A stretch of DNA of 64,000 bases from a bacterium (GTDB lineage Bacteria; Myxococcota_A; Bradymonadia; REDH01). Positions 1-9,528 of this stretch are shown piece by piece (within the stretch, counting starts at the first letter, position 1; every line of letters begins with the position of its first letter). The notes below the pieces were generated by a model, which was not told where the DNA came from, ran no database searches, and saw only the letters and a program-made list of their open reading frames with translations. The DNA lies in NCBI GenBank assembly GCA_030427825.1, contig JAUICO010000002.1:25634-89633 (forward strand). The letters run 5' to 3'. Both the position numbers and the translations under genes were made by a program.

Positions 1-2
1 CG

Positions 3-602
3 CTGCTGCGCAGCGCGTTTACCGGCACCGAGTTGATGCGGGTCGTGTGCAGAACCGCAGACTCGGCGACTCTGGTCGGCCAGCTTCTGCTGCATCAACT
101 CGATGTTATCCTCAGCGATGTTCCCCTGGCCCCGGAGCCGTCCGTGAACCTTTACAACCGCTTCCTGGGCGAGAGTGGGGTCTCGTTCTTTGGTGAGCCG
201 ACGATGGCAGAGCAGTGCAGGTCGGACTTTCCGCGCTGCCTGGAGCGGACCGGCGTACTGGTTCCCACGACAGGTACCGAGATGCGTCGCAATCTGGACG
301 CCTGGTTCGCTCGCATGGCCATCGACCCGATGATCACGGGAGAATTCGACGATCTGGCGCTGATGAAGACCGCAGGCGCCAGTGGTCTGGGCCTCTTTCC
401 GGTTCCCGACTTCGTCGCCGATGTCGCAGCTGCACATTACGGCGTCCGTGCTGTAGGCAGAGCAGAGGGCGTACGGGAACGCCTGTTTGCGGTGTCTGCG
501 GAGCGGCGAATCAACCATCCCGGCGTCGCCGCGATCGTCGAACATGCCGCGCAGTTCTTTGCCGAGGCCGCAGCTCCGGACCGGCTGCAGGGGCGCGAGT
601 AG
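3..602 (+). CDS. LysR-family transcriptional regulator, NhaR-like substrate-binding domain (5'-truncated by window edge)
   Basis: Frame is open from base 3. LDVILSD, GEFDDLALMK..G..GLGLFP and ERRINHP motifs are typical of the NhaR-type LysR C-terminal domain. The HTH lies outside the window. Confidence 0.8.
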   Translation: MLRSAFTGTELMRVVCRTADSATLVGQLLLHQLDVILSDVPLAPEPSVNLYNRFLGESGVSFFGEPTMAEQCRSDFPRCLERTGVLVPTTGTEMRRNLDAWFARMAIDPMITGEFDDLALMKTAGASGLGLFPVPDFVADVAAAHYGVRAVGRAEGVRERLFAVSAERRINHPGVAAIVEHAAQFFAEAAAPDRLQGRE

Positions 603-736
603 CTACGAGCGCGAGTGCCCGCGCCGACAGGGCGAAGCTTGATGGGGCTGTCGTGGCCCCGGGCGGGTGATGTCGGCCCTACGATCGTCGGGGGCTGGGG
701 CTGCGCCGGGAGAATCCCGCCGACATCGTCGGACGT

Positions 737-777
737 TTGACTTCGCATCGAAACCAATATAATCAATCGATTGATTA
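737..777 (+). promoter_or_regulatory. sigma70-type promoter overlapped by a perfect 18-bp palindrome (probable TetR operator)
   Basis: TTGACT at 737-742 and TATAAT at 758-763 (short 15-bp spacer). TAATCAATCGATTGATTA at 760-777 is a perfect inverted repeat, 45 bp upstream of a TetR gene. Confidence 0.75.
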
Positions 778-822
778 AATTGATTGTGAGCGGAACTCGC
801 GGGAGAAGCGGCCCTGGCACGC

Positions 823-1416
823 ATGGCACCACATCAGGTTGAAGAGACGCGATCGCAGATACTCGACGCCGCGATCGCGTGCTTTGCGCGCGAAGGTTTC
901 AGCGCCACGTCGACGCGCTCCCTCGCCGCCGAAGCGTCGGTCAACTCTGCGACCCTCGCGTACCATTTCGGAAGCAAGCAGGGCGTGTACGACGCCGCTG
1001 TCGCCGAGGTGTATGAACGATTCGGACGCAGCGCTGCGGAGCTCTCCGGCGAGCTCGGAGCGATGAACGGCCGGCAGCGACTCGCGGCCGTGTATGCCCT
1101 TGCCCGACGTGAAAGCGCAGCGACGCGCCTGCTGCTGCGCGAAATTCTCGATCACGGACAGCTGCGGGATGAGACCGTACGGGCACACTTTCTGCCCAGT
1201 GTGGAACAGAACGCAGCGGCGCTCGCGTCACTGCTCGGTGTCGAGCCGACCCTGGCCCGACAGGCGATGACAACGATGAGCTTCCTCATCGGACGTATCG
1301 CCGTGCAGAGTGAAGATTCCCTTATGGACGCCTACGGCACAAGCGATGCGTCCGAAACTCAGGAGCTGATTGTCGATCACCTCCTCGCCATCTGGCAGAC
1401 ACTGACGGAGACATGA
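823..1416 (+). CDS. TetR/AcrR family transcriptional regulator
   Basis: N-terminal HTH: TRSQILDAAIACFAREGFSATSTRSLAAEASVNSATLAYHFGSK. Confidence 0.92.
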   Translation: MAPHQVEETRSQILDAAIACFAREGFSATSTRSLAAEASVNSATLAYHFGSKQGVYDAAVAEVYERFGRSAAELSGELGAMNGRQRLAAVYALARRESAATRLLLREILDHGQLRDETVRAHFLPSVEQNAAALASLLGVEPTLARQAMTTMSFLIGRIAVQSEDSLMDAYGTSDASETQELIVDHLLAIWQTLTET

Positions 1417-1417
1417 G

Positions 1418-2248
1418 ATGCGATTTCCCCTTCCCGTAACGAACCCGCCACCGAACGCCTCCTGGGAGTGGAACGGCAAGTTCACCGATGAGCAGGCGCG
1501 CTTCCTGGACGAGCACGGCTTCATTCGCTTCAGCAACTTCGCATCGATGGACGAAGTCCAGATGATACGCGATGAGCTTGCCGCCGTCGAAGCGCAGTGG
1601 GTGCGTGAAGACCGAGAGTTCGTAAACGGAATTCCGATCAAGTACGGAATCAACGATCTTGGCGAAAAGTTTGTTCAGCGCTTCGCGTTCGCGTCGCTCT
1701 TCTCGGAGAAGATGACCGCATTCTTTGGCGACCCGCGCTGGGAGATTGTGAAGACAATGTGTGGTGAGGGATTTCGCATCGGGTTGGACGAGAAAGACGG
1801 TGTGGTCGTGAATCACTATCTCAATGTGCCCGGCTCCAAATACAAGCGGCTCGGCTGGCACATCGATGCGCTACGTGATGTCTTCTACGGAAAGATGCCC
1901 GAGCCGATGTGGAATGTCGGCATGTACCTCGATGATTCGCACATCGACAAAGGTGCCCTGCGGCTGATCCCCGGCACACACAAACAGAGCTTCCCTGCTC
2001 TTCTGTTCGGCAAGCGACACTTCATGGACAACCGCGACGACCCGCGGGAGTACATCGTCGAAGCGGACGCCGGCGACCTCACCCTGCATGACGGTCGACT
2101 CTGGCACCGGGTCGGGAAGTCGCTCAACACCGGTCCGGCAAGCCGCCGACGAACCATGTACATTCCCTTTCTGAACGGCGATGTCCTCAAGAAGAATGAG
2201 GGCAGCAAGACGCCATTCTACCACCGATTTTCGCGACTGATCGGTTGA
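1418..2248 (+). CDS. Phytanoyl-CoA dioxygenase (PhyH) family Fe(II)/2OG dioxygenase
   Basis: FLDEHGFI, GWHID (HxD), GALRLIPGTH and AGDLTLHDGRLWH motifs, followed by an RR motif. Confidence 0.88.
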   Translation: MRFPLPVTNPPPNASWEWNGKFTDEQARFLDEHGFIRFSNFASMDEVQMIRDELAAVEAQWVREDREFVNGIPIKYGINDLGEKFVQRFAFASLFSEKMTAFFGDPRWEIVKTMCGEGFRIGLDEKDGVVVNHYLNVPGSKYKRLGWHIDALRDVFYGKMPEPMWNVGMYLDDSHIDKGALRLIPGTHKQSFPALLFGKRHFMDNRDDPREYIVEADAGDLTLHDGRLWHRVGKSLNTGPASRRRTMYIPFLNGDVLKKNEGSKTPFYHRFSRLIG

Positions 2249-3222
2249 ACGCGCCGAAGCAGGAAAGGGTACTTGTCACCGGCGCTACGGGTTTCATCGG
2301 TCGCGTCACGGTATCGAAGCTGCTGGCGAGCGGCCGAGCAGTTCGTGTGTTTGCTCGCGCCTCGAGCAACCTGAGCTGTTTCGAAAAGCTGCCGATCGAA
2401 GTGCATATCGGCGACCTGGGAGCCCCGGCATCTGTCAGAGAGGCGGCGGTCGGCGTCGACGTAATTGTCCACGCCGCCGGCGGTGGACAGGCGCTCAGCG
2501 TCGATGCCCTGCGCGCGATGAACGTCTCAACCACACGAGCCGTCCGCGACGCCGCGCTCGCGCAGGGCTGTCGCGTCGTGTTTGTATCGTCGCTCGCAGC
2601 ATCGGGTCCACTGGACGGTGACGAGGGCGCACACATCGGGCCGGTGTCGAACTACGGCCGCGCGAAGCTCGAAGCCGAAGCGATACTACTCGGAAGCTCG
2701 TCCACTGTTCACGTGACCGTCCTGCGGCCGCCCGCAATCTATGGCCCGGGCGACCACCGCATGCTGCCGGTGTTCAAATCGGCGGCCCGCGGCCTCATCG
2801 CACTTCCCGCTCCTGCACGGCGCGCTTCCTTCATGCACGTGGATGATTGTGCCGCAGCGATTGTGTCGGCGACCGAAGCTTCGGAGCGCGCTTCGGGCGC
2901 CGTGGTCTCGGTCACCGATGGCCCGGCACCGGAGACGGAAGCGGTGATGCACCTCATCGCTGCGGCGCTCGGAACAAAGGCGCGAATCCTGCGAATTCCA
3001 CTGCCCGTCTTGCGGATTCTCGGTGCCACAAATGACCTTCTCTCGCAGCTTCGACGACGGCCGGTACTGCTTTCTCGTGACAAAGTCCGCGAACTGGCGC
3101 AGAGTTACTGGGTCGCTGACTACCAAACCATGGGGCCGATGCTGGGATTCACTCCGAGCATTACGTTGGCAAATGGGATGGAGCAGACAGCGCGCTGGTA
3201 TCGTGACGAGGGCCTGCTTTGA
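2245..3222 (+). CDS. NAD-dependent epimerase/dehydratase (extended SDR)
   Basis: VTGATGFIG, VSSLAA, YGRAK and RPPAIYGPGD motifs. TTGA overlap with the upstream stop. Confidence 0.9.
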   Translation: MNAPKQERVLVTGATGFIGRVTVSKLLASGRAVRVFARASSNLSCFEKLPIEVHIGDLGAPASVREAAVGVDVIVHAAGGGQALSVDALRAMNVSTTRAVRDAALAQGCRVVFVSSLAASGPLDGDEGAHIGPVSNYGRAKLEAEAILLGSSSTVHVTVLRPPAIYGPGDHRMLPVFKSAARGLIALPAPARRASFMHVDDCAAAIVSATEASERASGAVVSVTDGPAPETEAVMHLIAAALGTKARILRIPLPVLRILGATNDLLSQLRRRPVLLSRDKVRELAQSYWVADYQTMGPMLGFTPSITLANGMEQTARWYRDEGLL

Positions 3223-4079
3223 TGTACGAAATGCCCGCTCGGCTCCTGATGGGAATGTACCGTTTGGGGTCACAAGGCGGTGCGCTCACCGATCTCTCGG
3301 TGTTGCGCTGGAATCCGTACAACCAGGCGTTGATGTTCATCACGATGGCCGCTGCCATCATGCTGACGATCCATCGATACGGACTCGACGTAGGGCGTAT
3401 CCAGCAGCGACTGCTCGGGAGCTCGAACTCCGCTGAGGGCGCACAGACCCGTGCGGTCATCATCAGCCGAATTGGCGGCGGCGTGCTGTTCTTCACCGGC
3501 TCCATCGGCTCCATCCTGGTCGTGGGGCGCGATCCCTGGAGCTATCGTATTCTTAGCGGGGACCCGATGTGGATGGTCCTCGGTGTCGTTGTCCCCCTGC
3601 TTGTGGTCCTTCCCTTCCTCTACGCAGCGGCGCAGCAGCCCTCGATGCAGGCACGATACCCGGAGATTCGCGCGCGCTGGGTGCCTTCCTCTCTGGCACT
3701 CACGAGCGCCGCGGCCTGGCTTGTGTACCTGGTCGGCTACGAGTTCATGTTCCGTTCCCTGCTGTTGTTTACGTACCGAGCGGCGTGGGGCACCTGGCCC
3801 GCGATCTTCGTCACCACTGCGCTATATGTCCTTGCACACTTCCAGAAGGACGGTGCCGAGACCGCCGGCTGCTTCTTCATGGGCTTCGTGTTTGCGGCGA
3901 TCGTGCTTGTTTCAAACAGCATCGTGCCCGCGATTCTCCTGCACTTTGCGATTGCCGTTGTGTCGGAGAACCTGAGCGCTCGCGCGAATCCGAACATGCA
4001 CTGGTGGAAGACACGGCCGCGAAGAACGAGCAGCGATTTCAGAAAGATCGGCACGGACACCTTCGACAAGGTTCAATGA
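3222..4079 (+). CDS. CPBP (Abi/CAAX type II) intramembrane glutamic endopeptidase family protein
   Basis: Multiple TM segments; YEFMFR, YVLAH and ILLH motifs. TGATG overlap with the upstream gene. Confidence 0.82.
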   Translation: MYEMPARLLMGMYRLGSQGGALTDLSVLRWNPYNQALMFITMAAAIMLTIHRYGLDVGRIQQRLLGSSNSAEGAQTRAVIISRIGGGVLFFTGSIGSILVVGRDPWSYRILSGDPMWMVLGVVVPLLVVLPFLYAAAQQPSMQARYPEIRARWVPSSLALTSAAAWLVYLVGYEFMFRSLLLFTYRAAWGTWPAIFVTTALYVLAHFQKDGAETAGCFFMGFVFAAIVLVSNSIVPAILLHFAIAVVSENLSARANPNMHWWKTRPRRTSSDFRKIGTDTFDKVQ

Positions 4080-4900
4080 AGACAGACCGCAACTTCCGAG
4101 GGCGTACTGCCTGGGTCACGGGCGCCGGTTCAGGGATCGGGGCGGCGTTGGTGACGACTCTGCTTGCGCGCGGGACCAACGTGGTTGCAGTGGACCGGGA
4201 CGCAGACAGACTCACAGAGCTGCAGGAGCACAGTCCCGCAGGGCGCCTGCACTGCGAAACCGTTGACGTCACGGACGCAGAGGCGGTCGCCGACAGTGTT
4301 GATGGTCTTGTCCGTCGACACGGCAGGTTGGACTACGTCTTCAACAACGCCGGTATCGGCCAGGCAGGCGCGGTCTCGGACCTGAGCCTCAGCGACTGGC
4401 GGCGTTGTATCGACGTTAACATCGGTGGCGTCATCAACGGGATTCACGCCGCCTGGCCGCATCTGGTCGCGCAGGGCAGGGGACACATCGTGAACACTGC
4501 CTCTGGAGCCGGCCTGGTTCCACGTCCGGGCATGGTACCGTATTCGATGTCAAAGTGGGCTGTGGTTGGTCTCTCGATCTCGCTTCGAGAAGAAGCCGCA
4601 GCGCTCGGGATTCGCGTGAGCGCCGCCTGCCCCGGGCACATCCAGACACGCATTCTCGATGACGCCGACATGCCCGGCCTCGATCGCGAGAGTCTCCTCT
4701 CGTCGATCCCGGGCACGGGAATCGCCGCCGAGGACTGCGCCCGGATCATGCTTCGCGGTGTGCGGGCGAACCGCGCGGTGATACCGGTCGGCGGCCTCAT
4801 CAACGCGGAGTGGCGGCTGTATCGACTCGCGCCTCCTGTAGGCGCCGCGCTCGGCCGCGTGCGCAATCGGATGATGCTGCGACACCGCCGCAGGGGTTGA
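4076..4900 (+). CDS. Short-chain dehydrogenase/reductase (SDR)
   Basis: TGAGSGIG, NNAG and YSMSK motifs. The true start is probably ATG 4076 (ATGA overlap), not 3569. Confidence 0.92.
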   Translation: MKTDRNFRGRTAWVTGAGSGIGAALVTTLLARGTNVVAVDRDADRLTELQEHSPAGRLHCETVDVTDAEAVADSVDGLVRRHGRLDYVFNNAGIGQAGAVSDLSLSDWRRCIDVNIGGVINGIHAAWPHLVAQGRGHIVNTASGAGLVPRPGMVPYSMSKWAVVGLSISLREEAAALGIRVSAACPGHIQTRILDDADMPGLDRESLLSSIPGTGIAAEDCARIMLRGVRANRAVIPVGGLINAEWRLYRLAPPVGAALGRVRNRMMLRHRRRG

Positions 4901-4901
4901 G

Positions 4902-5819
4902 TCAGACCGTCGGATTCTCTGCGACGAGCGCCTCCGGCTGTGACGCGCCTGCGCTTTCACTTGCTGCAGCAGCGTCCTCTCGCTTCGCGATGCGCCGCAG
5001 CGCAAGCGCAAGCGGGGGCAGGAAGATGTAGGAAACCAGCGCATAGAGCAGCACTTCAAAGCTGGTCTGGTCGCCGAAGTACTCGTCCGCGATCAGAAGC
5101 GCGACCGCTGTCCCGCGGGTGGCGCTCGTAAAGAGCAATGCGACGCGCTGCCCACGTGAACCGGGTACGAGAAGGGCACAGACGGACATTACCGCAATGA
5201 ACAGGATGGTAGCGACCGGTGGCATCCAGCCGTGTTCCGTGGCGGTCCCGCCCTTGAAGATGATCAGCGCTGTGGCCAGGATCGCCAGACAGACGTTTGC
5301 CAGAATGTTCAGAATCGGATCGAGTCGCCCGGATATGTCCTCGCGAAAGTGTCGTAGTGTGAGTCCGGCGAATAAGGGCAGCATGACGAAGGTGAGGATG
5401 GTCCAGAGTGCGCTGACTGCAGAGAACCTGTGGTCGCCGCTTGCGACGTCTGAGAGCAGGTAGGAGGCGATCGGCGGCGCAAACGCGATCGTCGCAAACA
5501 CACAGATGATCATCAGAGCGATCGCTGTTGGCAGGTCGCCCTTTCCCCACTGTGTGAAGACAGGTCCGGCGACGGCGCCCGGTGCAATCGCACACAGGAC
5601 CAGGCCGGCTCCGATCTCTGGCGGCAAGCCGAAGAGCTCGATCAGTCCCATCGCCAGTGCGACGGAGCCGACGAAGTTCAGAACCAGAACAACGGCCATC
5701 AGGCGCACATTCATGATGGCGCGCCCCAGCTGCCGGAAGGTGAGGTTCATGCCCATCGAGGCCATGAACGACACCAGCAGTGTACGGACGAGAACCGTCT
5801 GCAGAATGTCTACGCTCAT
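4902..5819 (-). CDS. Bile acid:sodium symporter (BASS/SBF) family transporter
   Basis: About 9-10 hydrophobic segments; MASMGMNLT, GLVLCAIAPG..AG and GKGDL..A motifs. Confidence 0.85.
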   Translation of the reverse strand: MSVDILQTVLVRTLLVSFMASMGMNLTFRQLGRAIMNVRLMAVVLVLNFVGSVALAMGLIELFGLPPEIGAGLVLCAIAPGAVAGPVFTQWGKGDLPTAIALMIICVFATIAFAPPIASYLLSDVASGDHRFSAVSALWTILTFVMLPLFAGLTLRHFREDISGRLDPILNILANVCLAILATALIIFKGGTATEHGWMPPVATILFIAVMSVCALLVPGSRGQRVALLFTSATRGTAVALLIADEYFGDQTSFEVLLYALVSYIFLPPLALALRRIAKREDAAAASESAGASQPEALVAENPTV

Positions 5820-5877
5820 CCAAAAGCCGTGGAGTCATGGGTGCGAGAGTTCGCTGCACCGCGCAGCGAACCTGCAC

Positions 5878-7047
5878 TCATGGGCATACGTTGATCGAGC
5901 CGTTGGGCGGCGCCTCAAAAGCGTCGTCATCGATGCGAATGGCGCCCCATGTTGCGCCGTCCAAAGGCAGAGCCAGAGGCGAATATGCCTCGCCGTCGCC
6001 GACGCCACACATGGTGTCGCTGTCCTTGATGATGCCGCGCAACGCGATGTCTGCACGAACCTCGCCGAGTGAGGACTCCGTGACGAGGTCGCAGATGACG
6101 AGTCCGAACTCGCCGTTGTCATCCACCGTCGTCGAGAAGCTGGCGATAGCCGGTTGTAGGGGGCCCTGAGCGGGCGAACGGATGAAGCCGTCGAGCGTGG
6201 CGCCGTCTCCAGTTTCGCGGTACACCGTATCCATGATCAGCCCGATCTGTGTCGCACCGCTGAGCAGGTTGGCCTCGAAGAAGTAGCGTCCGGAGACGTC
6301 GGTCGGCACACCCTCGCCCAGGTCTTCAATCGGCGGCGCGAGGGTCTCTGTGCAATCCCCCGTTCCCGCGTCTCCGTCATTGCCGGCGTCCTGATTGGGG
6401 TCGACGATGTCTACTGCGGGGCAACGGTCGGGCACTTCAGTAGGCTGTGTTCCGTCGTCGCTGTAGGGCTGCGCGCCGAAGATCGTGTTGATGAGTGGGA
6501 AGTTGCGCGGCGCATACACGACGCTGTCCTCGTCCTGGATGCTTCCACACATGAATCCGTTGTCGATCACGATGACCGAGAGCGTAAAGTCCGTATCCAC
6601 CTCTGTGTTTGGAATCGGCGACAATTCACCCGGGACCAGGACGCGGCCGGTGGCGATCTCCATTCGGCCGTCCTCTGTGAGCTGCGTCGTGAAGCTCGCG
6701 AGGGGAGGGGAGTCGACCGGCGCATTCGCCATCCTGAACTCACCGGTGATGTCTGCGATGTCACCGGTGTCGTTCAGCTGAAAGGTGATGAAGGTCGTGC
6801 GCAGCTCCAGGAGCACGTCGCCGAGGGGCAGGAGATAGATGTTGAACAGCCAATCACCGCGGACGTCGACGAGCCGGCCTTCAAGATCGTCGTAGCTGAA
6901 TGACGTGCCACCGGTGCGTTCAGTCGCGGTCCGGTCGACGAAATCGTTATAGATTTCGAGCGGTGCGTCTTCGCATGCGGAAGCGAACACAAGGACGGCA
7001 GAGACGGCAGCGACAATTTGTAGCAGCGGAGATCGCGTGATGGTCAT
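5878..7047 (-). CDS. Hypothetical lipoprotein with two tandem homologous beta-rich domains
   Basis: Lipobox FASAC. Internal duplication: DVRGDWLF...ASFTT...MCG...FGA...CP versus DVSGRYFF...ASFST...MCG...WGA...CP. Confidence 0.75.
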   Translation of the reverse strand: MTITRSPLLQIVAAVSAVLVFASACEDAPLEIYNDFVDRTATERTGGTSFSYDDLEGRLVDVRGDWLFNIYLLPLGDVLLELRTTFITFQLNDTGDIADITGEFRMANAPVDSPPLASFTTQLTEDGRMEIATGRVLVPGELSPIPNTEVDTDFTLSVIVIDNGFMCGSIQDEDSVVYAPRNFPLINTIFGAQPYSDDGTQPTEVPDRCPAVDIVDPNQDAGNDGDAGTGDCTETLAPPIEDLGEGVPTDVSGRYFFEANLLSGATQIGLIMDTVYRETGDGATLDGFIRSPAQGPLQPAIASFSTTVDDNGEFGLVICDLVTESSLGEVRADIALRGIIKDSDTMCGVGDGEAYSPLALPLDGATWGAIRIDDDAFEAPPNGSINVCP

Positions 7048-8462
7048 CAGAATCTCCCTGCGAGTGATACGTTCAGAAAGAGACGTGTGTCTGTGTAGGC
7101 ACCGTTCGACCGGGGCTCGTGAACACTCTCGGTGACGGTGACTTTGGGGTAGATGTCGTGTGTGTACGATGCGAGCAGTGTGAGGTTGTCCGAGAGAATC
7201 GCCTGGATGCCGACACCAATCTGAGCCTTGTTTGCGTCGGACAGCGACGGGTCAACGCTGGTGTTTGGAATCGCGCTCGGGTCGAAACCGGCCATGAAGG
7301 AGAGCATCCAACGATCAGTGAGCTGCTGGTCGAGACGGAGCCGCGCGCTGACAGTGTTGTTAAAGTTGCGGGGGATCTTCAGCAGAATGACGTCACGATC
7401 CTTCTCGTCACGAATGTCGTTCTCCTCGATGACCGACCACTCCGTCCAGTCGACCGTTAGAGTGAGCGAGGTGTTGTTGAAGATGCCGGTAAGCGCGCCC
7501 TGCAGCATGCGCGGCAGGGGAAACTGCGTGTACGCGTCTTCGCGAACCGGTGCGACGGTGGCGAAGGCGCTCGACAGGGGCCCGACGAAATCGAGGTCGT
7601 ATCCGTGTCGATACACGATCGACGCGCGGGTACGCTCACGATCGCAGGCGACTGCGAGAGTGAATGTCGGCTGCACGTCTTTCGCGCCGAAGTGGACCAT
7701 GCCTTCCTGCAGGTTCCCCTGCAGATCGATCGGGGCATCCCCGGCGTTCAGGTTTCGCGAGCGGACAACGCTGAGCTCGGCGGTCGCCAGGATCAGGCTG
7801 CCGCCGAACATGAGTCCGAACTCCTTCAGGGCGACGCCCACCGAGAGAGTGTGTTGGATTACCGTGAGCCCGCCGGAGAGTGAGTTCCAACGCTGGGGGC
7901 CGTAGATCGCGCCGGGAAACTCGGAAGGTGCGCCCTCATTGCGGTCCCACTCACCACCGCCTCCGAAAGCAGCGACGGGAGCGTAGGCAAAGCCCGCGTT
8001 GATGGTGTCGAACTCGTGCACGTAGCCGAGGGAGGCGTAGGGCAGGACCGCAGTCGTCGACGTTGTGGCCAGGCCCGTATTCGTCCGTACCCTCGCGTCG
8101 TAGCGCGCAAGCTCACCTTCTGTAGGGTTCTCCGGGTCCTCGGCGTCTTCTGCGCCGAAGGGTGCGATGACGCGATTGTACGTCGCCGAGCGGTGGATGA
8201 GCGTTCCGTCCACCGAGAAGATGAACCCGGGGTTCAGCGAGAGCAACGCCGGGTTGTAGAAGGTCGCAAGCCCTCCGTCCGAGTTCGGTGTTCCATAGAT
8301 TCCTCCGAAGCGTTGCAGCGTCAGTCCCGCCGCTTCTGCACTTCGCGGCGCAGCGGCCTGGAACACCAACAGCATCGAGGCCAGCGCCAGGACAGCGGGC
8401 GTCCGGCCTGCAGCTGTGCAGCAGGGATTCGCCGGGTTCCGGCGAAAGCTCTCGGTTCTCAT
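7047..8462 (-). CDS. OmpP1/FadL family outer-membrane beta-barrel transporter
   Basis: Signal peptide then AGL, ATFYNPALL (NPA hatch motif), alternating beta strands and C-terminal Phe (SLAGRF). Confidence 0.85.
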   Translation of the reverse strand: MRTESFRRNPANPCCTAAGRTPAVLALASMLLVFQAAAPRSAEAAGLTLQRFGGIYGTPNSDGGLATFYNPALLSLNPGFIFSVDGTLIHRSATYNRVIAPFGAEDAEDPENPTEGELARYDARVRTNTGLATTSTTAVLPYASLGYVHEFDTINAGFAYAPVAAFGGGGEWDRNEGAPSEFPGAIYGPQRWNSLSGGLTVIQHTLSVGVALKEFGLMFGGSLILATAELSVVRSRNLNAGDAPIDLQGNLQEGMVHFGAKDVQPTFTLAVACDRERTRASIVYRHGYDLDFVGPLSSAFATVAPVREDAYTQFPLPRMLQGALTGIFNNTSLTLTVDWTEWSVIEENDIRDEKDRDVILLKIPRNFNNTVSARLRLDQQLTDRWMLSFMAGFDPSAIPNTSVDPSLSDANKAQIGVGIQAILSDNLTLLASYTHDIYPKVTVTESVHEPRSNGAYTDTRLFLNVSLAGRF

Positions 8463-8573
8463 GTATCCCCCATGATTTCGCGGCCTGAAGTGTGCCGGGA
8501 GCCGCTGGTCACGTCAACGTGCGTGGGCCCATGGCAACCCGGTGGGATCCGAGGGAAGAGTCGTCGCCGGCGC

Positions 8574-9473
8574 CTATTTTCGACGCTGAAGCTCGAGCAT
8601 GATCGAGCCGTAGCGTCCCGAACGATCGGTCTCCGGTGCCCAGCCTACGACGTGTTGTCGGCCCGTCGACTCGCACCACTCGATCAACGCGCGCTTGAGG
8701 ACCGGCTCTCCCGCGGAGCGTTTTCCTTTGCCGGTGATGACGCGGCAGAAGCGCAGGTTGCTCGCTCGCGTGGCGATCACAAAGGCCTCGATGCGGGTCA
8801 GGGCCGCCGTGCGCCGCTCCATGCGAACGTTCATGACCGGCAGCTCCCGGGCTCGCCGGGATCTGCGCAGGCGCTCGCGCTGTGCCGCCGTCAGGGTGGG
8901 CTCGTAGAGCTCGTCAGCGCTGAGGGTCGCAAGCTCCTCGTCATCTGCCCAGTGAAGGCCCGGGTCAAAGCCGCGCTTCAGTGCGACGGTGCGTGTGTTG
9001 TCGATACGTCGAATGTCGCCGGACATCTGCTCGTAAAAGAGCAGCTCTTCGGCCCGCATCAGGTCGCCCGGTGCGATGTCTTTGTCGCCTTCGCCGCCGG
9101 TCACATCGTCATCACCGGCGTCGGCTACCACTTCGACATCCGAAACAGCGACCCCTTCGCCAAGAAACTTCTTTGCCGGGTCGAAGTCGTCGTGCTCCTC
9201 GAAGGCACGTCGCATCAGCTCTTCGGGCGAGATCTGCTCCACTCGCGCCCTGGTTGCGGGTCTCGGTGCAGGCAGTGCTGTACGCGTTGTGGTCCCGCCA
9301 CTCGGCGCTTGCGCCGGCCGCTGTTCGGCGGCGGGGCGAGCTGCGCCTGTTTTCGGGGCAGGTGGATTCTCTGACCGAGGCGGAGCGTCGAAAAGGTCGG
9401 CGAAACTCCCAAGGGAGTTGTTCAACTTCGGCACACTCTTCTGCGCGGTCTTTCGCTTCTTCCGCCGTGCCAT
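8574..9473 (-). CDS. Smr domain protein (degenerate DLH motif)
   Basis: C-terminal CRVITGKGKRS..PVLK..L..W...GRYGSIMLEL matches the Smr fold. The N-terminal region is long and low-complexity. Confidence 0.8.
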   Translation of the reverse strand: MARRKKRKTAQKSVPKLNNSLGSFADLFDAPPRSENPPAPKTGAARPAAEQRPAQAPSGGTTTRTALPAPRPATRARVEQISPEELMRRAFEEHDDFDPAKKFLGEGVAVSDVEVVADAGDDDVTGGEGDKDIAPGDLMRAEELLFYEQMSGDIRRIDNTRTVALKRGFDPGLHWADDEELATLSADELYEPTLTAAQRERLRRSRRARELPVMNVRMERRTAALTRIEAFVIATRASNLRFCRVITGKGKRSAGEPVLKRALIEWCESTGRQHVVGWAPETDRSGRYGSIMLELQRRK

Positions 9474-9528
9474 CAGTACGACTCTGTCGGGCAGACGTCA
9501 GGGTCGTCGACATCGATCGTCAGGCGGC

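Noticed and set aside
8016-9374. Long antisense or alternative-frame ORFs (e.g. 8016..9374 +, 23983..25392 +, 35502..36902 -, 41060..42469 -, 46929..48173 -)
   Set aside because: Shadows of well-supported genes in high-GC DNA, with no motifs of their own
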